From NCBI GenBank assembly GCA_965223865.1, contig OZ245020.1, forward strand, positions 1,536,001 to 1,600,000: 64,000 nt of DNA. The letters run 5' to 3'. Below, in pieces: positions 20,733 to 31,056 of this stretch. The notes beneath the pieces are model-generated. The model saw nothing but the letters and a program-made list of their open reading frames with translations, was not told the DNA's origin and made no database searches. Source of the DNA: Nitrosarchaeum sp. (GTDB lineage Archaea > Thermoproteota > Nitrososphaeria > Nitrososphaerales > Nitrosopumilaceae). The position numbers were made by a program, and so were the translations under genes. How positions within the stretch are numbered: the stretch's first letter is position 1; each line of letters starts with the position of its first letter.

Positions 20733-21035
20733 TTAGCTTGTTGGAGTCATCATAGCAGCACGTTCTTTGGCTTTCTTATCAACGGGCGCATCTATGTACT
20801 GCCCAGGTTTTGCTTGACAGTCACCTACATTTACTGAATATCCATCCAAGGTTTCAGCAATACATCCCTTGTCAGTAACTGCTATCACTTTTACCATCTC
20901 GATATTTTCTTCAGGTGCCACATACCACATTAAATATGCAAAAAGTATAACTGCACCTACACCAATAACTCCACCTATAATAAATAGGGAATTCTTACTA
21001 GATGATTTTTTTGGTTGCCTTTTGATTGCAGACAT
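20733..21035 (-). CDS. Small single-TM protein with a two-Cys soluble domain
   Basis: TM helix then VIAVTDKGC...CQAKPG...ERAA; paralog of 38332-38655. Confidence 0.75.
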   Translation of the reverse strand: MSAIKRQPKKSSSKNSLFIIGGVIGVGAVILFAYLMWYVAPEENIEMVKVIAVTDKGCIAETLDGYSVNVGDCQAKPGQYIDAPVDKKAKERAAMMTPTS

Positions 21036-21170
21036 GAGGCAAAATTACGTGAATATCAAATAAAAAATAATAAGACATTTTCCACTAATGATTTTCATCT
21101 ATGAAAATTACAACTTAAACCATTTGGATATTGTATGTAATGCAATAACTATAAAACAAAAAAAAGAAGG

Positions 21171-21530
21171 TTATTGAACCTTCACTGAAATTGGCTGCTC
21201 TATCTTTGTAGGAGTCTTCTTTAGAAGTTCAACAGTGAGGATTCCGTTGTTCATTTTTACACTAACCTTAGAGCAGACAATCTCCTCAGGTAGTATCATC
21301 GTTCTGTAATACTTGAGGTGAGATCTCTCACTTCTGATCTGTCCTTTCTTTTTTTCTTCTTTTGATTCCTTGTGTTCAGCAGTGATTTCTATCTGGGAAC
21401 CAAAACGTTGACACTTATCTCCTCTTTTTCCATGCCTGGAATGTCTGCAGTCAGGACAAACTTGTCTCCACGATCATCTAGATCGCAAGATGTCTCTTGT
21501 GAGTTTTTGGGTAGATTCTTCCAGATTTGG
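21171..21530 (-). pseudogene. Hsp20/alpha-crystallin remnant
   Basis: CDLDDRGDKFVLTADIPGMEKEEISVNV, frameshift, then RSERSHLKYYRTMILPEE...KMNNGILTVEL. Confidence 0.85.
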
Positions 21531-21547
21531 AAAATGGCTTCCCATGT

Positions 21548-21911
21548 AATCAGAGTCAATGCATAAGCAGACTTTGTCTCGCCCTTGTAGTTTTTTTGGG
21601 ATATTATTTTAGACAAGACAGACTCGCAGTGAGATTTTTTTGCATTCTTTAGCTTGATGTCTAATTTTGCAAACTCTTCAAGCAGCAGAGCAATACGGTC
21701 TGCATAGTAGCAGATACGGCCGTCTGAGTCCCATCAGTTTTAGCTTTTCAAGGAATTGGATTGATTTTGGACCTTCAGGTATTTTTGAAAGACGCCTTTT
21801 TGTGCATGCGATCTTTTTGGAATAGTTGTGAATGTCAAAGTCTGTATCATATGCATTATCAAGAGCAGTATTGTTGGCATTATCACTATGATTATCATCA
21901 TTGTCAGACAT
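21548..21911 (-). mobile_element. Tyrosine integrase N-terminal remnant (frameshifted, catalytic domain absent)
   Basis: DIHNYSKKI...FLEKLKLMGL/SDGRICYY...LKNAKKSHCESVLSKI...YKGETKSAYALTL resembles the N-terminal binding domain of archaeal XerD-like integrases. Confidence 0.65.
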
Positions 21912-21961
21912 TTGATCATCTACAAATGGCTGGTTTTCATTTAAGGCCGGAATTTTGCCAG

Positions 21962-22102
21962 AAGGGCGCCGCAACATAATACTATACGCCAGGTAAGCGA
22001 TATAAGGTTTATGTTGTGACGCTCTTGTCACCAATGATTTTAGAAAATCAAAATTGGTTTTCTATATGATATAATACAATTACAACTTGAAAAAGTTTTC
22101 TA
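21962..22102 (+). repeat. Direct repeat copy 1, containing an 18-bp inverted repeat
   Basis: 21987-22102 matches 32529-32644 at 114/116 positions; similarity extends about 25 bp further left. Confidence 0.95.
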
Positions 22103-22122
22103 AATTAAGACAGATATTTCAA

Positions 22123-22146
22123 GTTCAAATCCCATTCGGTCTACCA
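22123..22146 (+). other. tRNA 3'-end remnant (att-like)
   Basis: GTTCAAATCCCATTCGGTCTACCA = T-loop, 3' stem and CCA, with no 5' half. Confidence 0.6.
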
Positions 22147-22260
22147 ACGTTATTTTACCATTTTTTCGGTAAAATAATGAAACTAAAAATAGATACACCA
22201 TAATTGTGGAATTCATTAGATTATAATTGTCAACAATATGGCATCTCAGAATATTTTATT

Positions 22261-23211
22261 TTATTGTTTTATTCCATATCCCATCAGTACAGAATAGCAT
22301 CCGAGTCCACATTGCTCACATATTGGTTTCATAGAATCTTTTTCTGCACTACCAATACAACATGGAAGTTTTTCTCTACCTTGGTGATCAACTGAGATTA
22401 TGGCCCAGGTAGGGCAATCAACAGGAGTTGTTCCTTTTCCGCCCCAGCTTTTCTTCATTATTTCTAGCTGGTGTTTTGGATTTACGATATAATCTTTATA
22501 TTGATTTGATTTTAGTTCTAGCAATCTATCTATTACTCTATCTCGTTCTTTTCCAAATGGCATCCATAATGGATCGTTTTTCATAAATGGAGTGTGAAAT
22601 TGGAATCCAATTTTATTGGAATAATCCTTCCAATCATCAATTACATTTTCTATGGTTTTGTAGTTTTTAGAGTTAATAGTCATGGTTATCCAGATGTCTT
22701 TCCATGCATTTTTGCCATTTGATTGAACATAATCAATAACATTTTTCCTAGTGTTCTCCCATGCATTATCGCCACGAATTTGATTGTGAATTTTTTTGTC
22801 GCCATCAATTGATATCCAATAAAAGTAGATGTTTTTGAGATATGGAATTGGGTATGTTCCATTTGTAACAACGCATGCTCTTTTTGGGAATTCCTTTACA
22901 AACAACTCTACAACGTCCTTTCTCATCAGAGGCTCACCTCCCACAAGGGTCAACATAAAGACATGATTTTTCTTAAATTTCTCATCGATGATGCTTTTCC
23001 ATTGCTCCAGAGTCAGATCTTTTTCTTCCTTTCTATTTAGCCACCAGTAACAGTGCTCACAGTGTAAATTGCATACGTTGATTATATCAGCAGACCCATA
23101 AAACGGACTTTTTTTGTTAAACAGTTTGTAACCTGCAAACTTTAACCCAAGATGAAAATACAAAGGAGACTCTTGAAGAATCTGTTTGAAGCCACGACCC
23201 ATTATCTCCAT
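22261..23211 (-). CDS. Radical SAM protein with a Cys-rich C-terminal domain
   Basis: CNLHCEHC, GGEP, VTNG, ISIDG; C-terminal CPTW..CC..CEQCGLGC. Confidence 0.9.
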   Translation of the reverse strand: MEIMGRGFKQILQESPLYFHLGLKFAGYKLFNKKSPFYGSADIINVCNLHCEHCYWWLNRKEEKDLTLEQWKSIIDEKFKKNHVFMLTLVGGEPLMRKDVVELFVKEFPKRACVVTNGTYPIPYLKNIYFYWISIDGDKKIHNQIRGDNAWENTRKNVIDYVQSNGKNAWKDIWITMTINSKNYKTIENVIDDWKDYSNKIGFQFHTPFMKNDPLWMPFGKERDRVIDRLLELKSNQYKDYIVNPKHQLEIMKKSWGGKGTTPVDCPTWAIISVDHQGREKLPCCIGSAEKDSMKPICEQCGLGCYSVLMGYGIKQ

Positions 23212-23370
23212 TATTCTTTTTTTGGAATTTCAAAAATTTAACACTTGTTCAAAAATACGACTAAAATGATCCTTATCTTAAAGATTTTCAAATAGTGAAG
23301 ATATTTTTTCAACTTTTGTTTTTAATGAAAAATTTTCTTTCCTTAAATATCAATTAATGTATCATAATGT

Positions 23371-23508
23371 ATGCCACAACTACAAATTACTAAAGCAACG
23401 ATGACTCGAATGAAGGATATTGTAGGAACGATCAATGTACACGATGGGGACTATCTGGTAAACGAAATGATTGACATTTTTGAAAAGAAAATCAGGAATT
23501 TGAGCTAG
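23371..23508 (+). CDS. 45-aa RHH/antitoxin-like microprotein
   Basis: MPQLQITKATMTRMKDIVG...LVNEMIDIFEK; TTAAATA box about 28 bp upstream. Confidence 0.5.
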   Translation: MPQLQITKATMTRMKDIVGTINVHDGDYLVNEMIDIFEKKIRNLS

Positions 23509-23570
23509 ATAATGCTACAATTTCTTGCACTCTTATTACCTCTAAATTTCATAAAAGAAGGAATCAACTA

Positions 23571-23666
23571 ATGGTAATTTGCAACAAATGCTATAATGCT
23601 CATCATGATCAGTGCATGGGAAAAGCTGGAATGTTTGACTGTGGTTGCAAGTGTTTTAAAAAATAA
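23571..23666 (+). CDS. 31-aa Cys/His micropeptide, copy 1
   Basis: MVICNKCYNAHHDQCMGKAGMFDCGCKCFKK; paralog at 28863 differs mainly at synonymous positions. Confidence 0.8.
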   Translation: MVICNKCYNAHHDQCMGKAGMFDCGCKCFKK

Positions 23667-23811
23667 AGTCAAATCTATCATAAGGTAATTCGATGATATG
23701 TTTACGATGAAATTTAGTATTGCTTGTTTTAATTACATTCATTTTGATCAAACATAACGACTTATTACGCCATAGTCAAGAAACCATGTGAATGATTTTC
23801 TTGGAGATTAA

Positions 23812-24051
23812 ATGCCTTCAGAGATAGACAGATTTCTACAAGATTGTTTTAAAAAAACCATTTTGATAAAACTCAAAGATAACCGGATTATTCGTGGAAC
23901 TTTGCATTCCTTTGATGAACAGATGAATCTTTCCTTGATTAATGCAGAAGACATTACAGAAAAAAACAAGCCTGTAAATCTTAATAAGATAATACTGCGA
24001 GGAAGTATGATTATGACTGTATCTACTTTAGATAAATCAAGTCAATCATAA
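23812..24051 (+). CDS. Sm/Lsm-family RNA-binding protein
   Basis: ILIKLKDNRIIRGTLHSFDEQMNLSL...IILRGS. Confidence 0.9.
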   Translation: MPSEIDRFLQDCFKKTILIKLKDNRIIRGTLHSFDEQMNLSLINAEDITEKNKPVNLNKIILRGSMIMTVSTLDKSSQS

Positions 24052-24105
24052 TCTGAGTAGTGAATAACAATTACTGTTTGATAATTTTGATAAGGAAAAT
24101 ACTGA

Positions 24106-24204
24106 TTATTTTCCAATTTCTCCAGCACATTTTGATGAACATGTTGAATCGTCAATCAAACTTTCATATTCCCTACCGCAATGAACGCATTTTCTAAAAG
24201 ACAT
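24106..24204 (-). CDS. 32-aa zinc-finger microprotein
   Basis: MSFRKCVHCGREYESLIDDSTCSSKCAGEIGK (CxxC...CSxxC). Confidence 0.6.
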   Translation of the reverse strand: MSFRKCVHCGREYESLIDDSTCSSKCAGEIGK

Positions 24205-24351
24205 GTATTGTTTACGTATTCATTCTATAAAAGAAAACAAAATTTCTCAGTTGAATTTATTTATCTAATTCTATGTGCAAGGGGCAAAAAATCTTTTTTT
24301 CAAATACAAAATATGTAAGACCAAGTGCATTCTTCCATTTTTAATGTAAAA

Positions 24352-24667
24352 TTAACTCGTTTTGTGGCTTTTTTCATGTTCTAGAACTTTATCAAAAGTA
24401 TCGATAAACCTATCCACCGGAATTTGCATTTTGGGCAATTCCAATTCAATTTTTATTCTTTCCTTGCGTGAGACAATTAATACATAATGCCTGAATGTTT
24501 GTTTTTGCATTGTTTCTAACATCTCCATCAATATATCCAAATTCTGGCAAGTTTGATATGTTGAATTTTTTTTCACATTTTTTACATTTGTGTTTTTGTA
24601 ATGACAAGACAGTCTGTTTTTGAGTATTGTTAAATTCTTTTTGTATCATAATGTTGTCTATTTCCAT
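24352..24667 (-). pseudogene. Degenerate HNH endonuclease-like gene
   Basis: CKKC..EFGYIDGDVRNNAKTNIQALCINC; catalytic His positions replaced; probable frameshift into the 24352 frame. Confidence 0.6.
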
Positions 24668-25218
24668 ACTATAATAGAGTGCTGGTTGAGATGAGATTAC
24701 TTTTTTAATTTTTTCAAAAACAAAATGAAAATAAATTTTATTTTATTTCATAAAATATTGTTAGGCTAGTTATGCAATGTTTCTTTGATACCTAACAGAA
24801 CTGTTTCCCTTTCAAAGTTTTCAGGGATTGATTTTAGAATTTGTTTTGCTTTCATCTCAATACTGTATGGGTGTTGCACAGTAATATACCACACACATTA
24901 GTCACTTTACTACGGGATTTACTTTTACACAAGTATCAATCAAGATGTGATTTAGGCACAATCATCTGCCATTTCTTCATCTTTGATATTTTTTGGATCT
25001 AAAATATTGAGATGATACAGAATTGATTTTCTGTGAGACATTTTACATCAAATTATGGCTATGATGCCCAGTAAAACAATAAACGGGATACCAAATGCCA
25101 TTCCTACTTTTTTATTTTTCATATCCTTATCTTTTCTTCTGTTATATTAACAGGACGAACCAATGATATTTTTGTAAAAATACCAACCCTTCTTATAGTT
25201 GAGACATCCTGCAAAGAT

Positions 25219-25359
25219 ATGTCACAAGACAGAAAAATGTACAAATGTACATGCAATGACTGCGGCAAAGATTCAGAAGTTCCTTTTGAACCAAAACAAG
25301 GAAGACCTGTATATTGTCGAGAATGTTTTCCAAAACATCGTAATAGTAGAAGATTTTAG
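25219..25359 (+). CDS. CxxC-x17-CxxC domain protein
   Basis: CNDCGKDSEVPFEPKQGRPVYCRECF; missed by the ORF track (46 aa). Confidence 0.92.
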   Translation: MSQDRKMYKCTCNDCGKDSEVPFEPKQGRPVYCRECFPKHRNSRRF

Positions 25360-25573
25360 ATTGGTTTTGTTTAATTAATTTTGAACTCAATTATTTCAGA
25401 TATTCTCAAAACCTCTTTTCTTTTTGATTTATGGAATATGAATTTATTATTTAAACGAAAGAAATTTTCTTGCACATTCAATACAACAAAACTCTCTATT
25501 TTTGCTTTCTAGTTCTTTTTTTACAAGTCAAACAATTTCGCATATCTAGTAATTTTTCCTCAATTTTAGAAGG

Positions 25574-27778
25574 TTATCCATAATATGATGCCGGAATTTT
25601 TTCCATGATCTTCAGGTCTTTTTGTACTCTCACTTTTTTTGTGGCTTCCTCAAAATGTCTCGAAGTTACTTTGATTTTTTCTATGTGTTTTTCTACATCT
25701 TTCTGACCAATGTGTTTTGCAAGAAACTCATGGATGACAAGAGATACTGCAGTGTTTGCAATTGATGCGACATCTGCTCCACTTAGACCATCAGTTGTAC
25801 CTGCAATCTTTTCTAGATCTACATAGTCTGGATTGATTCCAGATTCATTCTTTGTATTTCTGTCAATAGGAATTACTTTTGTGGTTATCTCCAGTATCTT
25901 CTTTCTACCTTCTTTATCTGGTATTGGTACAAGTATTATTTTGTCAAACCGTCCTGGTCTAAGGAGAGCTGTATCAAGCATATCTGCTCTATTTGTTGCT
26001 GCTAACACTACAACTCCGTAAAGGCTTTCCATGCCATCCATCTCAGTTAAGAGTTGACTGACAACTCTTTCAGTGCCTGCAGCATCTCCACCTCCGCCTC
26101 TAATTGGAGCAATAGAGTCAATTTCATCAAAAAATACGACACATGGCGAGGCCTGTCTTGCTCTTTTGAAAATTTCTCTTATTCCACGTTCTGATTCTCC
26201 AACCCATTTTGATAGTAATTCAGGACCTTTTACTGAGATAAAATTAGATTCGCTTTCTGTTGCTATTGCTTTTGCCAACATGGTTTTTCCAGTTCCACTT
26301 GATCCGTGAAGCAAAATTCCTCGCGGCATCCTATGATTCATCTTACTGTAAAGATTTGGATACTTTAATGGCCACTCTACTGCCTCCTGTAGCTCACGCT
26401 TGATATTGTGTAGTCCTCCTATATCATCCCAAGATACATCCGGACTTTCAATAAAGACTTCGCGCATTCCAGCTGGTGTAACTTCTTGTAGGGCGTTTTG
26501 ATAATCTTCATAATTTACAACAAGTTTTTCCAAAACTTTAGCTGATATTTTTTCATCTGCTAAATCAATTTCTGGCAATAGTCTTCTCAAACACTTCATT
26601 GCTGCTTCTTTACACAGATATTCTAAATCAGCTCCCACGTGTCCATGACTTATTGCAGCAATTTTTTTCAAGTTTACATTTTCTGCAAGTGGCATATTTC
26701 TGGTATGGATTAAGAGTATGTCATACCTTCCTTTCTTGTCAGGTATTCTGATCTCAATTTCTCTATCAAATCTACCTGGCCTTCTAAGGGCAGGATCTAA
26801 TGCGTTTGGTCTGTTTGTAGCTGCAATGACAATTACCTTGCCTCTTGCTTCCAAACCATCCATTATCGAAAGAAGCTGGGAAACCACTCTTCTTTCAACT
26901 TCTCCTGATACTTCATCTCTTTTTGGAGCGATGGAATCAATCTCATCAATAAAGATAATTGAAGGAGCATTTGCTTTTGCTTCTTTGAAAATTTCTCGTA
27001 CCCTTGCCTCACTATCTCCATAAAATTTACTCATGATTTCAGGACCAGAGATGCTGATAAAGTGAGCGTTGCTCTCGTTTGCTACCGCTTTTGCCAAAAG
27101 AGTTTTGCCGGTTCCAGGAACTCCAAAAAGCAATACTCCTTTTGGAGCTTCAACCCCAAGCTTTTCGAAAATTTCTGGGTGTCTTAGTGGAAGCTCAATC
27201 ATTTCTTTTATTTTTTTTACCTCATCAGTCAAACCGCCAATATCTTCATATGATATTAGTGGGACACCTCGCAAAGATTCGGTTTTTTCCTCAATCTGAA
27301 ATAATGTCTTGGGAGTAACAATTACTGCCTCAGCATTTTTAGGAATGACTCCCAATACCTGAAATGCCAATCTTCCCCCAAAGTATGGCACCATTATGTT
27401 ATCGTCTTTTATCAGAGGTATGTTTTCTAGACAGTCTGCAAGGTACTTTTCATCAATTGATGGAATAGAGTCAAGTGGTGCAACTATGATTTTTTCTGCA
27501 GGAACTGCCTTTATTTTTTGAACTTGAATGCTGTCAGATATTGCTGTTCCAGAATTGTTTCTTGTAAGGCCTTCAAGTCGAGCGATTCCCTTTTTTTCAT
27601 CTGCTGGATATAGCGGTAGGCATTTTGCAACGGTTCTTCTTTTCCCTTTTATTTCTACAACATCACCTGTTGCTGCACCAAGTAAACCCATAGAATCGTA
27701 ATCAATACGGACTATGCTTCTTCCAACATCACGAGAATATGCTTCAAGTACTTTGAGTGAAATAGAATTTTTAGTTAT
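25574..27778 (-). CDS. cdc48: CDC48/VCP-family AAA+ ATPase
   Basis: Two Walker A motifs ([16 protein letters not shown]), two RPGRFD motifs; the conserved N-terminus [13 protein letters not shown] extends in frame to ATA at 27778. Confidence 0.93.
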   Translation of the reverse strand: MTKNSISLKVLEAYSRDVGRSIVRIDYDSMGLLGAATGDVVEIKGKRRTVAKCLPLYPADEKKGIARLEGLTRNNSGTAISDSIQVQKIKAVPAEKIIVAPLDSIPSIDEKYLADCLENIPLIKDDNIMVPYFGGRLAFQVLGVIPKNAEAVIVTPKTLFQIEEKTESLRGVPLISYEDIGGLTDEVKKIKEMIELPLRHPEIFEKLGVEAPKGVLLFGVPGTGKTLLAKAVANESNAHFISISGPEIMSKFYGDSEARVREIFKEAKANAPSIIFIDEIDSIAPKRDEVSGEVERRVVSQLLSIMDGLEARGKVIVIAATNRPNALDPALRRPGRFDREIEIRIPDKKGRYDILLIHTRNMPLAENVNLKKIAAISHGHVGADLEYLCKEAAMKCLRRLLPEIDLADEKISAKVLEKLVVNYEDYQNALQEVTPAGMREVFIESPDVSWDDIGGLHNIKRELQEAVEWPLKYPNLYSKMNHRMPRGILLHGSSGTGKTMLAKAIATESESNFISVKGPELLSKWVGESERGIREIFKRARQASPCVVFFDEIDSIAPIRGGGGDAAGTERVVSQLLTEMDGMESLYGVVVLAATNRADMLDTALLRPGRFDKIILVPIPDKEGRKKILEITTKVIPIDRNTKNESGINPDYVDLEKIAGTTDGLSGADVASIANTAVSLVIHEFLAKHIGQKDVEKHIEKIKVTSRHFEEATKKVRVQKDLKIMEKIPASYYG

Positions 27779-27970
27779 ATGTTATACTCTTGTTCCTGAG
27801 CATTATACCTTGCTATCTTGATATTCTTACCCTTTTCCACTGTGAGATGTTAATTATCTAGTATTTCGCATGTCCTCTAAGATAGTATTCATTGAGGCAT
27901 TCAATACAGCAAAATTCGCTATTGAACAGCTCGAATTCTTTGTCACAGTTTTTGCATTTAAGATTCATAA

Positions 27971-28231
27971 TCATTGCAGAGTTGGTTCATAATGTAATGT
28001 CAAAGTACTTTTTACATTTGCCAATGTTCTAATTTTTTGCATGATGAATCTCTGTAAATGAATCGATGTGATTGACTCAGCTTTTGCTATGATATCATAT
28101 GCACCACATGTTCCTTGAATTTCCTTGATGTAATCAAATTGTTTGATCTGAGTTATTACGTCATTAACTTTATCATTATGACAAGTAATCAACAAGTATG
28201 CAGTGTTAGAGGTTATGATGAGAACACCCAC
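27971..28231 (-). CDS. Lrp/AsnC ligand-binding domain protein
   Basis: AYLLITC..IQGTCGAYDIIAKAE..KIRTLANVKSTLTL. Confidence 0.85.
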   Translation of the reverse strand: MGVLIITSNTAYLLITCHNDKVNDVITQIKQFDYIKEIQGTCGAYDIIAKAESITSIHLQRFIMQKIRTLANVKSTLTLHYEPTLQ

Positions 28232-28303
28232 GTGAGTGCCATTATTACACCAACACTTGATAGATAAAATGTGTAATAGCTTTTCTTGTGTCTAAATATC
28301 ATT

Positions 28304-28447
28304 TTAAGAAATCACTACTTTTTTGATTTGGTTCTTACACAATCCTATGCTACAGTTGTGACAAAAATATTCACCGCAGAAATTATTGCATCCGCAATTA
28401 CATGTACATGAATAATCATTCAAGAGTTGAGCCTTCTTTGATGTCAT
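28304..28447 (-). CDS. Cys-rich microprotein (CxCNCGC type)
   Basis: ...YSCTCNCGCNNFCGEYFCHNCSIGLCK..., 8 Cys; start uncertain. Confidence 0.55.
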   Translation of the reverse strand: MTSKKAQLLNDYSCTCNCGCNNFCGEYFCHNCSIGLCKNQIKKVVIS

Positions 28448-28524
28448 GGTTTGCAATTGATACTGCAACTGCTCTTGTTGTTTTATTTTCTTTGTTTTTC
28501 ATATCATATATAGAAACTTCTTCT

Positions 28525-28615
28525 TATATATACCGGCATATGAAAATTTATAGAATCTTATAAAAATATATAGAAAATTAGGCATAAAATCTGGAAATAA
28601 AGCCGGTATATATCC
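28525..28615. promoter_or_regulatory. Divergent promoter pair, each reading GCCGG-TATATA
   Basis: TATATACCGGC at about 28527-28537 and GCCGGTATATA at 28602-28612, in inverted orientation. Confidence 0.6.
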
Positions 28616-28753
28616 AAGATAAAGTCAATCTATCCAGGTTAAGAAAAATTATTGAAAAACTGAAATTTGGCTCTTGTAAAAATGAGACACTTGATAACGT
28701 AGACACAGGCAAAAAATCTGAAAAAAAACAAATAACGGATGTGGAAGAATAAA

Positions 28754-28873
28754 ATGAAATATCATTGCAAGCAATGCAATTTTCAGTGGGAAGGATGGAT
28801 GGATACGTTTGAAAAAGTAATCATCCATGAAAAGACCCACATAAAGAAGGACTTGACAAACAATGATTTGTAA
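28754..28873 (+). CDS. Single C2H2 zinc-finger microprotein
   Basis: MKYHCKQCNFQW...HEKTH; paralog at 29690. Confidence 0.75.
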   Translation: MKYHCKQCNFQWEGWMDTFEKVIIHEKTHIKKDLTNNDL

Positions 28874-28955
28874 TAAATGCTACAATGAGCACCATGATCA
28901 GTGCATGGGAAAAGCTGGAATGTTTGATTGTAGCTGCAAATGTTTTAAAAAATGA
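28863..28955 (+). CDS. 30-aa Cys/His micropeptide, copy 2
   Basis: MICNKCYNEHHDQCMGKAGMFDCSCKCFKK. Confidence 0.8.
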   Translation: MICNKCYNEHHDQCMGKAGMFDCSCKCFKK

Positions 28956-29291
28956 TCTGAAATATGTTACCAACATGTATGCACTATGCATCATTTGACA
29001 ATCATAAATAGAGTCATAAATTATCCGTCAAATGGTTAATGGTCAGGAGGATAATCCAGAACCACTAACTATAGAAGTAATCCCTTTATGGCATGTATCA
29101 TGGTATAAAAGAATGGTCAGGCAAACACCAAACAAATTTTAAAAAAAACTGTTCTTTTTACCCTATTTTGTGATGTTTTTGAAGTTATGATTGTTGGGCA
29201 TGCTCTTTTAATTTTGAGAACGGATTTTCGTGATAACTTTTATCAAATTAGTGTAATTTAGACAAATAATCAATATCTTATAGTACTTTCA

Positions 29292-29489
29292 ATGTTATAC
29301 AATATGGCAAACTATTTGGGAGATAACAACAAAAGGCAAGTTCATGATCTTCTTAATCAAAAAGAAAATTGTCAAATTGATGAAATCATGATAGTACACA
29401 AGCGGCGTTTCATTCCAGATACTTTTACGCAGGCAAATTCTGAAGGATATGAAAGTTGTATTTGGTGCATTGGTAACTCTCAAGAGTAA
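29292..29489 (+). CDS. Small Ada-metal-binding-like protein
   Basis: YLGDNNKRQVHDL...CQIDEI...QANSEGYESCIWC. Confidence 0.6.
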   Translation: MLYNMANYLGDNNKRQVHDLLNQKENCQIDEIMIVHKRRFIPDTFTQANSEGYESCIWCIGNSQE

Positions 29490-29689
29490 CACAATTATCG
29501 AAAATAATGTGAAATTTAGGTATAAAACTACAAAATTACGTTGATATATATCAAAGAGAAGCATTGTCAAAGTCATGTTTAAAAAAATAATTAAAAAATT
29601 AGAATTTGGTTTTTGCAAGACGAAAGTTACCGATGATATGGATAAAAGCAAAAATTTGAAAAAAGAGACCAGAGGAAAAAGTGAAATAA

Positions 29690-29806
29690 ATGAAATATCA
29701 ATGTAAATATTGTAGTTTTCATTGGGTAGGAACTTCGTATAGTTTTGATGAGGTACGTGATCATGAAAAAACTCATTTGGAAAAAGCAAGTAAATCTGAT
29801 TTATGA
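29690..29806 (+). CDS. Single C2H2 zinc-finger microprotein
   Basis: MKYQCKYCSFHW...HEKTH. Confidence 0.75.
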   Translation: MKYQCKYCSFHWVGTSYSFDEVRDHEKTHLEKASKSDL

Positions 29807-29887
29807 TACAAAGAAATAATTTCAGCTTGCCGTAAAGTTTGTAATTGTACCTAAAGGTTTCATTTAATTTTTAAGGCGAATTATCTG

Positions 29888-30277
29888 TTATTGTGGTTTG
29901 TTGAGAATCTTCAATTTTTGCAGAATATCTTCAATGATAGGTTCAATCTTTGCATTGGGCTCTACAGATATCAACACAAGATAATCACTAACTGGAATTG
30001 TGATTATTGCTACATTCTTTCTCTTTGATACAATGTAATCTAGTGGTCCTAATGTGCCATCAAGATCTTTTTTCATGAATAATTCCAGTGCATGCTCCAT
30101 ACACATCTTGTACTGATCAATCTCTGCAATTGGAACAATTCCTTTTTTGTAATCTCCTATCACAAGATGACCCATATCGTTTATGACTCCAACAAACCTG
30201 ATCTCTGGCAAACTCAAAATGTACTTGCTTGCAGATTCCCAATCTGAAGTATCTTCAAAGAATAATTTTGACATCAC
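29888..30277 (-). CDS. Roadblock-like (DUF6659-type) protein
   Basis: IRFVGVINDMGHLV...DLDGTLGPLDYIVSKRKNVAIITIP. Confidence 0.8.
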   Translation of the reverse strand: MMSKLFFEDTSDWESASKYILSLPEIRFVGVINDMGHLVIGDYKKGIVPIAEIDQYKMCMEHALELFMKKDLDGTLGPLDYIVSKRKNVAIITIPVSDYLVLISVEPNAKIEPIIEDILQKLKILNKPQ

Positions 30278-30364
30278 ATTGTATGGTTGTTGTTTGTATT
30301 AAGGCTTTAATTGATTTTTCAGAAAGTGGTTATCATCAACAAGGGTCATAATTACTACTTCAAT

Positions 30365-30677
30365 CTAAAAATCTACTGGAATGTGCTTGCTTTGCTTTAA
30401 CCACTCAACTTGCGGCAAGGTATAGCGCCATAAAATATCTCCTCGTCCTTCTGCACCAAAATCCCATGGTGCAATAATAACAATGTCATTGTCTCTTATC
30501 CAAACTCTTCTCTTCAATTTTCCTCGAATTCTTCCTCTTCTAGCAACGTCATCACCACACTTTACCATGACATTTTCTCCACCCATCATTTTGATTACTC
30601 TTCCAAACATCTCAACCTTCTTCAGGCAGTCTTATTTCTTTTAATGCACTTTCATTTTTTACTTGACGTTTACCCAT
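30365..30677 (-). pseudogene. eif1a: Translation initiation factor aIF-1A with a +1 frameshift
   Basis: MGKRQVKNESALKEIRLPEEG then an extra T (GGTTGAGATG); continues MFGRVIKMMGG...RGRIRGKLKRRVWIR. Confidence 0.88.
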
Positions 30678-31056
30678 AAGGAAAAAATTACTGTAATCGC
30701 AGTTAATAGTGTTTCATTTTGAAATTTTGATCAATTCAAAATTTACTTTCAGTTTATCACATGAAAATTTCATCAATATACTGAACATAATTCTACTTCA
30801 TAATTCGGCAGGTAATATTCATCATGTTTTGAGGAAAATCAGAGAGAACCCGTTGATATAATCATTAGCACAACTCTATAATTCTCAAAGTACATAACAC
30901 TTTGTCATACAAGATATCATCAACTCAAAAGATTACATTACTAATCTAGAAAAACATAATTCAAAAAAGAAAATTCAGATTATCCTTATGGCAACTACAA
31001 AAAAACCATTTGATAATGCAAATTATCACAAATCCATTCAGGAATTATAGTATTAT

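Noticed and set aside
22100-22146. Complete tRNA gene
   Set aside because: No D-arm, anticodon arm or 5' acceptor strand upstream; kept only as an att-like remnant
24352-24667. Active HNH defence nuclease
   Set aside because: The catalytic His positions are substituted and the frame appears broken
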